Assembly (NCBI RefSeq): GCF_009914755.1
Contig: NC_060947.1
Strand: one strand, 5' to 3'
DNA from: the human T2T-CHM13v2.0 reference genome, Homo sapiens
Length of the DNA: 64,000 nt
Below the pieces are notes generated by a model. That model saw nothing but the letters and a program-made list of their open reading frames with translations. It was not told the origin of the DNA and did no database searches. The position numbers and the translations under genes are program-made. Below, piece by piece: positions 9,596 to 23,462 of this stretch (its first letter is position 1; the number at the start of each line of letters is the position of its first letter).

Positions 9596-11896
9596 TCCTG
9601 ACTAATCTTTAAATTTGGCTCTGACAGATGAATCAGGTAGTATCAATTATGTGATTTAGTACTTCAAATATAAATCCTAGGCCACCAAGCAGGTATTTCA
9701 GACAGTCTTACACACTCCTTCAACCTTCACCTTAAAGTTAGTACTTCAGTATCCATAACCTCGGTAATACAAGTGCTTCTGTAGGAAAAGATAGGAGGCA
9801 GACTGATGAGGCTTTCTCCCTTTTTCTTCACTGCCCTTTCTTTGTACTCCATACTGTATGGAACTACATAAAGTCACCACTATCCCCTGCTGCCCCCTCT
9901 ACCCTGTACACAAAGCAAGACAGATATCTTAAATGTTTCCTTTAAGGAACAAACATGTTGATATGAACTTTAGCTCTTTGAAATGAGATTATATAGGGTT
10001 ACCAGAGAAACTCATCTCTTGCATCTTGCAGAAGTAATGTGTATTTTTATTATGGAAAAGTAAATATTAATTATTTCCATATTTTATAGCCCTAAATCAG
10101 ACCTACTAAATAGATTATTTTGCAAAATATCCTTTCTTCTGATTCTTTGAGGCATGCATCAAAATCAGAAGAAAATCTGAAAGTAAGCAAATTCTGTTTT
10201 GACTTTTTTTCTCTTTTGTTCCCCCACAGGAATCTGAGGATGGGAAACTGTCTGGTGTCCTCACATATCAACAAGAGAAAACTCCAAACTTGACAAGATG
10301 AGTTAACACATGAGATGTCTCAAGCAAGAAAGGGTTGAGGGTTGACGCAATAAGGATAATAGAACACTTATTTTGTTAATTCTCACATAAACTATAACAG
10401 CAGTGATAATTTATACAAAATAACAGAAATTCATAAATTATCACTAAAAATAATTATTTCACCTGCAGAAGACCAGTGGCCCAGAGATTAGTTAGCTCAC
10501 TCCATACACACACCTACAAAGGGTTAGCACCCTCAAAAATAAATTCTTTCTTTTTGAACATTTTTTGGAATAAGATAATTCTTTCTAAATTTAAAAATAA
10601 CTGATATATATTTCTTATTATAGAATCAATACTTATTCTTGAAAAATTTAACTATAGGGACAAAAATTAGCTACAGAGACGATCACCATAATAGCATGGG
10701 GTAAAATTATTATATATACATACACACACCCACACAGAGTACATATAAATGGATAGATACAATTTATTTTTATCTCTATATCTTTATTCCTATTTCTTTC
10801 TCTTTTTTGTTTATTATCTATCAGATATGTTCCTTATCACTGTGTTGTACATTTATTTAAATATTTAAAATATTTTGACCCTAAACTCCCATCTGGTGTA
10901 CTAGACATTTTTCTTTCTTTACTCATTTGGTCCTCCTTTCCTATGATAAGCCCCAAATCCCGAGAGCTTTAAGCAGTCCAAGAGATCACACCTGGTTATA
11001 ATTTTCCAGTGAAAGAAAGTACTGGAAATTCTGATAAGTCTGCTAGCCCATTCTCTGAAACTGTTGTTGCTACATTATTTATCAGTTGGTCTGCATAAGA
11101 ACAGATGTCTGAGTAGTCTCATGCAGACTTCTGTCCACTTAAGTAGTTTTGAAGTGATGTATGCACAAGCCACCTGATAACGATATAAGAGGGGAAAAAA
11201 GGAGGGCTCTTCCCTTTCTCCAGTGCTACACTCACCTATATCTGATGTGTGTCAAAGTAGACCTGGGCTCAAACACGTATTTCTGTTTTGCCACCTCCAT
11301 GGAGCCAGGAGCGATCAGCAGAAACCCAGCTAGCGGAACATGCCATACAAGGAACCAGTCTTTTCTTTCCTCAAGTAAACATCTCCTGTGCAGCTGGAGT
11401 CACATTTCAAAATTTTCCTCAATAAAAAGGAGTATCCCTGATTGGGAGAGGAAGTGGGTAGTTGAGCTGTTGTTGCTTCTCCATGACATCAGTAGAGGCC
11501 ATGTTAGTGCATAAGATATACTGAAATAACTTTGAACTTCTTTTTAAAAAGGAGTCTAATTCTTAATTCCTTTCCTCTCCAAAAGGAAACCTAAGTTCAA
11601 CACACCAGTGTGTACAGAACACAGTTGGCACAAACCCATTTGCCTGAAAAATTGGAACCATCAAACTGTTGCCAAGCCCTGATATTTCCAGCTATAGCCT
11701 TCCTTCACCTATTTACATTCATATAACAAAAATGTACATGGAAGTGATTACAAAAAATTACAAAAAATCTTCTACTCCAACTATTTGTGATGTCCTAACA
11801 GCTTGAAACATTTGTGAATAACAGATTTGAAATGACACTTTTTCTATCTCCTAGAAAAAAGCAAAAGTATGCCTCATTGTATATGCTGTTATCTAT

Positions 11897-14555
11897 TCTT
11901 ATGGACTGAATTGCAACCTTCCCTCACACCAAAAATTCATATATTGAATTCCCAACCCCCAATGTAATGATATTTGGAATCTTTTTGGAGGTAATTAAGG
12001 TTAAAGGAAGTCATAAAGGTGAAGTCTTAATTTGATAGGACAGTAGTCTTGTAAGAAAAAAAGATACCTCTGTCTCTCTCTTCACACACTCACAATAAGA
12101 AAAGGCTATGTGAGTATATAGCAAGAAGGAAGCCATCTGGAAGACAGAAAGAGAACCCTCCAACATGCTGGCATACTAATTTTAAACTTTCAGCCTCCAA
12201 AACTGTGAGAAAATACATTCTGTTGTTTAAGTGACTCAGTCTATGGTATTTTGTTATAGCACCCTGATATGGTTTGGCTCTGTGTCCCCACCCAAATCTC
12301 ATCTTGAATTGTACTCCCATAATTCCTTTGTGTTGTGGAAGGGACCAGGTGGGAGATAATTGAATTAGGGGGGCGGTTTTCCTCATACTGTTCTTGATAT
12401 CTGATGGTTTGACAAGGATTTCCTCTTTTGCTTGGCTCTCATTCTCTCTTGCCGCCATCATGTAAGAAGTGCATTTCACTTTCTGCCATGATTGTGAGGC
12501 CTCCCCAGTCACATGCAACTGTAAGTCCATTAAACCTATGTTTCTTCTTAGCTTGGGTATGTCTTTATCAGCAGCATGAAAATGGACTAATACAGTAAAT
12601 TGGTACCAGTAGAGTAGGGCACTGCTGAAAAAAATACCCAAAAGTGGAAGTGACTTCAAAACTGGGTAACAGGCAGAGGTTGGAAGAGTTTGCAGGGCTC
12701 AGAAAAAGGCAGGAAAATGTGGGAAAGTTGGAACTTCCTAGAGACTTGTTGAATGGCTTTGACAAAAATGCTGATAGTGATATGAACAATAAGGTCCAGG
12801 CTAAGGTGGTCTCAGATGGAAATGAAGAACTTGTTGGGAACTGGAGCAAAGGTGACTCTTGTTGTGTTTTAGCAAAGAGGCTGGCAGAATTTTGCCTCTG
12901 CCCTAGAGATTTGTGAAACTTTGAACTTGAGAGAGATGATTTAGGTTATCTGGCAGAAAAAATTTCTAAGCAGCAAAGCATTCAAGAGGTGATGTGGGTG
13001 CTGTTAAAGACATTTGGTTTTATAAGGGAAGCAGAACATAAAAGTTCTGAAAATTTGCAGCCTGACAATGTGATAAAAATAAAATCCCATTTTCTGAGGA
13101 GAAACTCAAGCCTGCTGCAGAAATCTGCATAAGTAACAAGGGGCTGAATATTAATCCCCAAGGCAATGGAAAAAATGTCTCCAGGGCATGTCAGAGGTCT
13201 TCATGGCAGCACTCCCATCACAGGCCCGGAGGCCTAGGATGGAAAAATGGTTAAGAGGGCTAGGCCTTGGGTCCCTGTGCTGAGTGCAGTCTAGGGACTT
13301 TGTGCCCTGCATCCCAGCCTCTCCAGTCATGACTAAAAGGAGCCAAGGTACAGCTCAGACCATGGCTTCAGAAGGTGCAATCCCCAAGCCTTAGCAGCTT
13401 CCACATGGTATCAAGCCTGTGAGTGCACATAAGTCAAGAACCGGGGTTTTGTAACCTCCGCCTAGATTTCAAAAGATGTATTGAAGCACCTGGATGCCCA
13501 GGAAGAAGTTTGCTGTAGGGGTGGGTCCTTCACGGACAACCTCCACTAGGGCAGTGTGGAAGGGAAATGTGGGGTCAGAGCCCCCACACAGAGCACCTAC
13601 TAGGGCACTGCCTACTGGAGCTGTGAGAAGAGGGCCACCGTCCTCCAGACCCCAGAATGATAAGTCCACTGACAGCTTGAACCATGCTCCTAGAAAAGCC
13701 ACAGACATTCAATGACAGCCCATGAAGGCAGCTGGGAGGGAGACTGTACCCTGCAAAGCCACAGTGGGGAGCTTCACAAGACCATGGGAACCCACCCCTT
13801 GCATCAGCGTGACCTGGATGTGAGACATGGGGTCAAAGGAGATCATTTTGGAGCTTTACGATTTGACTGCTCCACTGGATTTTGGACTTGCATAGGGATG
13901 GTAGCCCCTTTGTTTTGGCCAATTTCTCCCATTTGTAATGACCGTCTTTACCTATTCCTGTACCCCCATTGTATCTAGGAAGTAAATAACTTGCTTTTGA
14001 TTTTACAGGCTCATAGGTGGAAGGAACTTGCCTTGTCTCTGATAAGACTTTGGATTGTGGACTTTTGAATTAATGCTGAAATGAGTTAAGACTTCAGGGG
14101 AATGTTGGCAAGGCATGATTGGTTTTGAAATGTGAGGACATGAGATTTGACAGGGGCCAGGGGCAGAATGATATGGTTTGGCTCTGTGTTCCCACCCAAA
14201 TCTCATTTTGAATTGTACTTTCATAATTCCCACGTGTTGTGGGAGGGATCTGGTGGGAGATAATTGAATCATGGAGGCAGTTTTCCCCACACTGTTCTCA
14301 TGGTAGTGAATAAGGCTCACGAGATCTGATGGTTTAATTAGAGGTTTCCCCTTTTGCTTGGCTCTCATTCTCTCTTGCCACTGCCATGTAAGAAGTGCCT
14401 TTCACCTTCCACCATGATTGTGAGGCCTCCCCAGTCATGTGCAACTATAAGTCCATTAAACCTATCTTCCCTGTCTTTATTGTTATAATATTATAATAAT
14501 GTCTTTATTAGCAGAGTGAAAATGGACTAGTACATAGCCCAAGCATATTAAGAAA
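11897..14555 (+). mobile_element. MLT1A-like MaLR LTR (11897-12264 plus 14535-14555), split by THE1
   Basis: Starts ttatggactgaattg...aaaattcatatattgaa, has cagcctccaaaactgtgagaaaatacattctgttgtttaag and ctatggtattttgttatagc; last ~20 nt resume after THE1. Confidence 0.85.
12265..14534 (+). mobile_element. Complete THE1 (THE1A-like) MaLR element: 5' LTR 12265-12594, internal 12595-14168, 3' LTR 14169-14534
   Basis: Both LTRs begin TGATATGGTTTGGCTCTGTGT and end AATGGACTA(A/G)TACA; ~1.6 kb internal region ending in a purine tract; degenerate 5-bp TSD caccc/tagcc. Confidence 0.95.
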
Positions 14556-14748
14556 CATTTTGATACTGAGTGTGGTACTAGAAAACATAATTTTAAGGGT
14601 GAGTTTTCTGGATTGGTTCTGGAGTTTCTGAAGTTGGTTCTCTAATCTGATTACATTTAAAGGTGTTAATGATTATTTCCAGTGGTAAAGAGAGCACTGA
14701 TAATGCACGATGGGAACTACCAATGGAGACATACAGAATATCACCAAT
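14556..14748 (+). mobile_element. ERV-L internal region, 5' part (PBS region and gag start)
   Basis: ttttgatactgagtgtggtactagaaaacataattttaaggg...ggagtttctgaagttgg resembles the HERV-L internal start; continues collinearly at 29161. Confidence 0.7.
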
Positions 14749-17666
14749 AAAGTGGGTTATTTTTTCTGAGATAGCTGCCTAGGAGTACTTCACACATGCC
14801 TCATCCACTTGAAGGAATCAGCATAGTGTGTAGGAAGTCACATTTTGAGTGAATTTTTCAAGAGAGCACATGAGAGTTCAATGGAAATGCAAGGAGAAAC
14901 TCAAAAATGAGGAGAGGTGAAGGAGGATAGTCAGCTTGTGTAGCTGAGACCAGCCAGAATGTGGAAGTAAATCCCCAGTATAGAAGAGAGTAAGTAAATG
15001 TCTTTCTGTGGTCTACCTTATCACAGGGGAAATCATATAATCTAGTCCTTGGGAGTGCACCTTGATCCTCCCAAGCCCTGAATCTGAGTTGGAGAATGGC
15101 CAGGAGGCTATGAGAAGGAACTGCTCCAGGGAGGTTACACATTCCGTGTCCCATATTCTCCTTAAGTGGCTACAATAAAATGTTACTATCAATCCTAGTT
15201 TTTAACAATCTGGGCATGCTCCAGGGAAGAGGGGCCCCAGTCCTGAACATTAAGGAAACTTGGGCCCCTGCAACCAGGACTGAAAAGCCAGCTTAGAGAG
15301 GGCTTCAGCTGCCAGTGCTGGAGCCAGACAACACCCCTGGGTCCTGAGCAGGACAAGAGTTGCTGCAAAGGCTAGGTTCTGAGCTGGATGGCTGCTTCTA
15401 TGGCCCAGGGCTGAGTTATAAGCTAGGTGTGAACTACCTACATTGACTGAACTACAGTGTGGGCTATGAGAGCCAGGACAGGGCAGGGAGCCCCACCTGG
15501 ACTGGGGTGTGGAGGAGATATGGGTTCTACACTCACTGGCCAAGGCTTCAACTGCAAGGACCAGTGGCTCAACCTGCCTCCCACAACTTTGACAGGGTTA
15601 GGGTTACCCCTAACCCAAGCATTTCACTAGGGATCTGAGGACTTTCCTACCATCTCCGTCATAGCTGGAGTATGCAATCACCATTTGTTGGGGCTTGGGA
15701 AGCTGAGCACAGGTTTTCCTGGTTCAGCTCCAGCCGGCTTTTCCCCATCTACTGAGACAGGATGCAAAATCCAGGCTTCTGGAGGTTCCACACTCCAGCC
15801 CACTGCCTGGGGCACCTAAGCACTTTATCCAGGTCAGAGGTTGAGTATAAATATATTGCTGCTACCACCTCAGCTGGCCTGTACCTGCAAGCACCATCTA
15901 CTGGCTTAGAGGCTGGCCCACACAGCCCATTGCAAACACTCCCAACACAAAAGCACAGCAGTTGAGAACTGGGAAAGCATCGCACTACAACTGCTACTGC
16001 CATTAACCACATTGTCCTGGATGCCCAAGAGCTTAAGAGCCCACTTACCTACCTGGTACACTGCTACTACAACTGACATCTGAGAAAGCCACCCAAAGGA
16101 ACAAGAATTTCCCTGTCTGGAACCAACAGAATTGTCACTATGTTCTGTACCAGATCCCAAGGATACACATGCTTAGCTTACTATTACTACCACTGAAACT
16201 TGCAAAAGAACCCATCAAGCATTCCATTCCCCAGCACAAATTCATCAGTTTCTATCAATAACCTCACAATGCCACACAGAGGAATAGACAGATACTACTA
16301 AGGCTGTTTATAGCCAATGAAATCATACACAGTCTTCACCATTACATGGACCCAGAAGCAAAGCCAAATGGCCCTACCCTACCAACATCATAGCCACATC
16401 ATCAAGAAAAAGTTTCCCTCAAACAAAAGAAAATAAGAAGAAGTTACTGTTGTTTCATATGTGCAGAAATCAATGTAAAGACACAGGAAACAAAAAAGCA
16501 AAGTAATATGACACCTTCAGAAGAAAACAATAATTCTCCAGTAATAGATCCTTACCAAAAAGAAATCATCAAAATTTCAGGTATAAAATTCAAACTATTA
16601 ATTTTAAAGAAGCTCAATGAGATGCAAGAGAAACCTGAAAACCAATAAAAATAAAGCAGAAAATAAAGTCAGGACATTAATGAGAAATTTACCAAGATAT
16701 ATATATATTTTTAAATGTCAGTCAGAAATTCTCGAAGTAAAAAATTTATTGAAGGAATTACAAAATACTTTTGAAAACCTGAATAGACTAGATCAAGAAG
16801 AAGAGAGAATCTCAGAATTTGAAGATGGGTCTTTTAAAATAATCTGATCAGACAAATTATAGAAAAAAAGATTTTAAAAGAATGAACAAAGTTCAAGACA
16901 TATGGGACTGCATAACATGACCAAACAAGAATATTGGTATTCATGGTAGGGAATAAAGATAAAAAATTTTAGTAAACCTATTTAACAAAATAATTGATAA
17001 AACTTTCTAAGTCTAGCAAGAGATTCAGATATCCAGTAATAGAAGTGATCCCCAGATAAAGACATTGCAAAAAGTACTTCACCATGGCATATTATTTTCA
17101 GACTGTCTAAAGTCAAAGTAAAAGAAAGAGTTCTAAAATCAGCAAGAGAAAAGCCTCTAGTCACCTGTAAAGGAAACATCATCACACAAAGACTAACAGT
17201 GAACTTCTCAAACCTTACAGGCCAGAAGAGAATAGAATGACATATTCAAAGTGCTGGAAGAAAAAACTGCTAGACAAGAATTATGGATCCAGCAAAATTA
17301 AGCTTCATAAATCAATGAGAAATGACATTTTTCCAGACAAGTAAATGCTGAGGGACTTTATCACCACAAGACTCATTCTACAAGAAATGCTCAAAGGAGT
17401 CTTAAACTTGGAGATGAAGATGTAATATTCATCATCATGAAAACACATTAAACTATAAAATGCATAGTAAAGAATCACAGAAAGGAGAAGGAGAAAGGAA
17501 TCAAGTGGCAACAGTGCAGGATTTAATCAAACCACAAAGACTAATAGATAAAGAGAGAAACAAATAATTTATAAAACAACTAGAAAAGAATTAACAATAT
17601 GAGAGAAGCAAAATCTCACATATCAATAATAACCTTAAACCTAAATGGATTAAAATCTCCACTTAC

Positions 17667-18523
17667 AAATTTACAAGAAAAAAACAAACAACCCCATCAA
17701 AAAGTGGGTGAAGGATATGAACAGACACTTCTCAAAAAGAAGACATTTATGCAGCCAACAGACACATGAAAAAATGCTCATCATCACTGGGCATCAGAGA
17801 AATGCAAATCAAATGAGATATCATCTCACACCAGTTAGAATGGTGATCATTAAAATGTCAGGAAACAACAGGTGCTGGAGAGGATGTGGAGAAGTAGGAA
17901 CACTTTTACACTGTTGGTAGGAGTGTAAACTAGTTCAACCATTGTGGAAGACAGTATGGCGATTCCTCAAGGATCTAGAACTAGAAATACCATTTGACCC
18001 AGCCATCCCATTACTGGGTATATACCCAAAGGATTATAAATCATACTGCTATAAAGACACATGCACACATATGTTTATTGCAGCACTATTCACAATAGCA
18101 AAGACTTGGAACCAACCCAAATGTCCATCAATGATAGACTGGATTAAGAAAATGTGGCACATATACACCATGGAATACTATGCAGCCATAAAAAATAATG
18201 AGTTCATGTCTTTCGTAGGGACATGGATGAAGCTGGAAACCTTCATTCTGAGCAAACTATCGCAAGGACAGAAAACAAAACACCACATGTTCTCACTCAT
18301 AGGTGGGAATTGAACAATGAGAACACATGGATACAGGAAGGGGAACATCACACACTGGGGCCTGTTGTGGGGTTGGGGGAGGGGGAGGGATAGCATTAGG
18401 AGATATACCTAATGTAAATGACGAGTTAATGGGTGCAGCACACCAACATGGCACATGTATACATATGTAACAAAGCAGCACGTTGTGCACATGTACCCTA
18501 GAACTTAAAGTATATATAAAAAG
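17667..18523 (+). mobile_element. 5'-truncated L1PA (L1PA4/5-like) 3' end
   Basis: ORF2 C-terminus (WRFLKDLELEIPFDPAIPLLGIYPKDYKS) and 3' UTR ending acatgtaccctagaacttaaagtata. Confidence 0.92.
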
Positions 18524-20448
18524 AAAGATATAGATTTGTGTTACTGATTTTTAAAAGATCCAACTATATGCTGCTTGCAGAAACTCATATTACCTCTAAA
18601 GGCAAATGGAGACTTAAAATGAAGGGTGAAAAAAGATATTCACATAAACAGAAACCAAAATTAAGCAGGAGTAGCTAAACTTATATAAGATAAAAGAGAC
18701 TTTAAATAAATAAATAAAACAGAAAAAAAGACAAAGAAAGGCATTATATAATGATAAAGGGATTGATTCTTCATTGGGATAGAATAATTATAAATATATG
18801 TGCACCTAAGAACAGAGTATCCAGATTCATAAAACAAGTATTACTGGACCTAAAGAGATAGACAGACAGTGATATAATAATAGTGGGGGATCTAAACACT
18901 CCACTCACATTACCAGACAGATCATTGTGACAGAAAATCAATAAAGCAACTTTGGACTTTAGCTGGACTTTAGACCAAATAAACCTAACACATATTTACA
19001 AAACATTATTACTAACAAATGCAGAATATACATTCTTTACATCAGCTCATGAAACATTCTTTAGGATAGACAATATGTTAGGCAATAAAACCAGCCAACA
19101 AATTTTATAAAATCAAAATCATATCAAGTATCTTCTCAGATCACAGGGGAATAAAACTAGAAATCAATATTTAGAGAAATTTAAAAAACTATAAAAATAC
19201 ATGGATATCAAATAAACCTGCTCCTGAGCAATCATTGAGTCAACAAGAAAATCAAGAAAGAAATTTACAAAATTTTAATGAAACAAATAAAAATACAAAC
19301 AATATACCAAAACTTGTGAGATACAGCAAAAGCAGTGGTAAAAGGCACTTTTAAAGCATTAAATTCAACATCAAAAGAGTAGAAAGATTACAAATTAACC
19401 TAATGTCACACCTCAAGGAACTAGTAAAACAACAACAAACAAATCCCAAAGTTAGCAGAAGAAAGGATATAACAAAGGCCAGAACAGATCTAAATAAAAC
19501 TGAGACCAAAAATTTACAAAGGATCAATAATACAAAAAGTTGCTCCTTTAAAAAGGCAAAGAATTGATAAACCAATAGCTCAACTAACCAAGAAAAGAAA
19601 AAATCTAAACAAACAAAATCAGAAATGAAAAAGGAGACATTATGACTGATGCCACAGAAATACCAAAGGCCAGCAAAGACTATACTGCACGACTATACAT
19701 TGAAGCTAGAAGACCTAGAGAAAATGAATAAATTGCTGGAAACAAAACCTCCCAAAACTGAACCAGAAAGAGGTAGAAAACTTGAACATGCTGATAATAA
19801 ATAGCAAGAATGAATCAGTAAGAAAAATATTGTTCAATAAAGAAAAGCCCAGGATCAGATATATTCACAGCTGAATTCTAACAAACATATAAAGAAGAGC
19901 TAATATCAATCTTCCTGAAACTGTTTCAAAAAATTAAGAAGGAGGGAAATTTCTCTAACTGATTCTATGAGGCTGGTATTAGTATGATACCAATATCAGA
20001 CGAGAAGAAAACAATAAAAGAAAACTACAGAGCAATCTTCTTGACGAAAAAAGACCCAAAAATTTTTTCCAGAACTTTTTCTTTCTTCTTCTTATTATTT
20101 CAATAGTGTTGGGGAAACAGGTAATGTTTGGTTACATAAATAAGTTATTTACTGGTGATTCCTAAAATTTTGGTGCACCCATCACCCGAGCAGTGTACAC
20201 TGTACCCAGTGTGTAGACTTTTATTCCTCATACCCCAACCTATCCCTCCCCTTGAGTCCCCAGAGTCCATTATATCATTCTTATGTTTTTGTATCCTCAT
20301 AGCTTAGCTCCCACTTATAAATGAGAACATATAATGTTTGGTTTTCCATTCCTGAGTTACTTCACTTAGAATAGTGGTCTCCAACTCCATTCAGGTTGCT
20401 GCAAATGCCATTATTTCATTTCTTTTTATAGCTGAGTAGTATTTCATG

Positions 20449-20450
20449 GT

Positions 20451-20490
<40 letters not shown>
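20449..20490. repeat. (GT)n microsatellite with one interruption
   Basis: Read directly. Confidence 0.95.
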
Positions 20491-20492
<2 letters not shown>

Positions 20493-20781
20493 TTTACACA
20501 TTTTATTTATCCACTCATTGGTTGATGGGCAATTAGGCTGGTTCCATACTTTCACAATTGTGAATTATGATGCTATAAACATGCTTTTGTAAGTGTCTAT
20601 TTCATATAATGACTTTTTTCCCCCTCTGGGTAGATACCCAGTAGTCGGATTGTTGGATCAAATGGAAGTTCTATTTTTAGTTTTTTAAGGAGTCTCCATA
20701 CTGTTTTCCATAGGGGTTGTACTAGTTTACATTCCCACTATCAGTGTAAAAGTGTTCCCTTTTCATCACATCCACACCAAC

Positions 20782-20868
20782 ATATATATATATATATATA
20801 ATATATATATAATATATATATTATATATAATATATATATTATATATAATATATATATTATATATATAA
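20782..20868. repeat. Pure AT low-complexity (TA)n/18-mer repeat
   Basis: ~87 nt containing only A/T; (TA)n plus repeats of ttatatataatatatata. Confidence 0.95.
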
Positions 20869-20950
20869 TGGTCCATTTTTGTGTAGTAAGGTGGTATTGC
20901 ATTGTGGTTTTGTCTTGCATGTCCCTGATAATTAGTGATGTTGAGCATTC

Positions 20951-21260
<310 letters not shown>

Positions 21261-23462
21261 AGATGTTGAGCATTCTTTAAGATGTTTGTTGGCCATGTGT
21301 ATATCTTCTTTTGAGAATTGTCTATTCATGTCCTTAGTCCACTTTTTGATGATATTATTTGTGTTTTTCTTTCTAATTTGTTTCAGTTTCTTGTAGATTA
21401 TGGATATTAGTCCTTTGTCAGATGCACAGTTTGAGAATATTTTCTCCCACTCTATGGGTTTTCTGTTTACTCTGTTGATTATTTCTTTTGCTGTGCAGAA
21501 GATTTTTAGTTTAATTAAGTCCCATCTATTTATTTTTGTTTTTGTTGCATTTGCTTTTGGGTTCTTGGTCGTAAACTCTATGCCTCAGCCAATGTCTAGA
21601 AGAGTTTTTCTGATGTTATCTTCTAGCATTTCTATGGTTTCCAGTCTTAGATTTAAATCTTTGATCCATTGTGAGTTGATTTCTGTATAAGGTGAGAGAT
21701 GAGAATTCAGTTTCATTCTTCGACATGTGGCTTGCCAATTATCCCAGCACCATTTGTTGAATAGGGTATCTGTTCCCCATTTTATGTTTTTGTCTGCCTT
21801 TTCAAAGATCCATTGGCTGTAAGTATTTGGCTTTATTTTTTGGTTCTCTATACTGCTCCATTGATCCATGTGCCTATTTTTATAAAAGTACCATGCTGTT
21901 TTGGTAACTATGCCCTTGTAGTATTTTTTAAATTCGAGTAATGAGATGCCTTCCAATTTGTTCTTTTTGCTTAGTCTTGTTTTGGCTATGCAGCTCTTTT
22001 TTGGCTCCATATAAACTTTAAGATTTTTTTTCTAGTTCTATGAGGAATAATGATGGTATTTTAATGGAAATTGCTTGAATTTATAGATTGCTTTTGGCAG
22101 TATGGTCATTTTCACAATATTGATTCTACCCATCCATGAGCATGAGATGTGTTTCCATTTGTTTGTGTCATTTATGATTTCTTGCAGTAGTGTTTTGTAG
22201 GTTTCCTTATAGAGATCTTTTACCTCCTTTGTTAGGTGTTTTACTAAGTATTTTATTTTTTTGCAACTTTTGTAAAAGGGGTTCAGTTTTTGATTTGATG
22301 CTCAGCTTGGTCGCTGCTGGTGTATAGCACTGCTACTGATTTATATACATTGATTTTGTGTCCTGAAACTTTACTGAATTCGTTTGTCAATTCTAGGAGC
22401 CTTGTGGATGAATCTTTATGGTTTTTTAGGTATATGATCATATTATAAGCAAACAGTGACTATTTGACTTCCTCTTTACTGATTTGGATGCCCTCTATTT
22501 CTTTCTCTTGTCTAATTGCTTTGGCTAAGGACTTCTAGTACTATGCTGAATAGAAGTGGTAAAAATGGGTATCCTTGTCTTGTTCCAGTTCTCAGAGGGA
22601 ATGCTTTTAACTTTTCCCCATTCAGTGTAATGTTGGCTATTGGTTTGCCATAGATGGGTTTTATTACTTTAAGATATGTTCCTTCTACGCTGATTTTGCA
22701 GAGGAGTTTAATCATAAAGCAATGATGTATTTTGTCAAATGTTTTTCTGCATCTATTGAGATGATCATAGGATTTTTGTTTTTATTTCTGTTTATGTGGT
22801 GTATCACATTTAATAACTTGTGTATGGTGTATGTTAAACCATCCCTGCATCTGTGAGATGAAACCCACTTGATTATTGTGTATTATCTTTTTGATATGTT
22901 GTTGGATTTATTTAGCTAGTATTTTGTTGGTGATTTTTGCGCCTGTGTTCACTAGGTATATTGGTCTGTGGTTTTCTTTTTTTGTTATGTCCTTTTCTGA
23001 TTTGGATATTAGGGTGATACTGGCTTTATAGAATGATTTAGGGAAAATTTCCTCTTTCTCCAGCTAATGGAACAGTTTCAGTAAGATTGGCACCAATTCT
23101 TCTTTGAATGTCTGATAGAATTCAGCTGTGAATCCATCTGGTTCTGGACTTTTACGTTGACAATTTTTTTATTACTGTTTCAATCTTGCTACTTGTTATT
23201 AATCTGCTCAGAGTTTCTGTTTATTCCTCGTTTAATCTAGGAGGATTATATATTTCCAGGAATTCATCCATCTCCTCTATATTTTTTCGTTTGTGCACAT
23301 AGGGGTGTTCATAGTAGCTTTGAATGATCGTTTTGTATTTCTGTGGTATTAGTTGTAATATCTCCCATTTTGTTTCTAATTGAGCTTATTCAGATCTTCT
23401 CTCTTTACTTGATTAATCTCGCAAATGGTCTATCAACTTTATCTTTTCAAAGAACTTGCTTT

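Noticed and set aside
11161-11514. 117-aa ORF downstream of AGTR2
   Set aside because: No domain or coding-like features; no supporting gene structure.
12090-14368. ORFs of 79-189 aa in the THE1 region
   Set aside because: Derived from LTR and MaLR internal sequence; cross element boundaries; no intact product.
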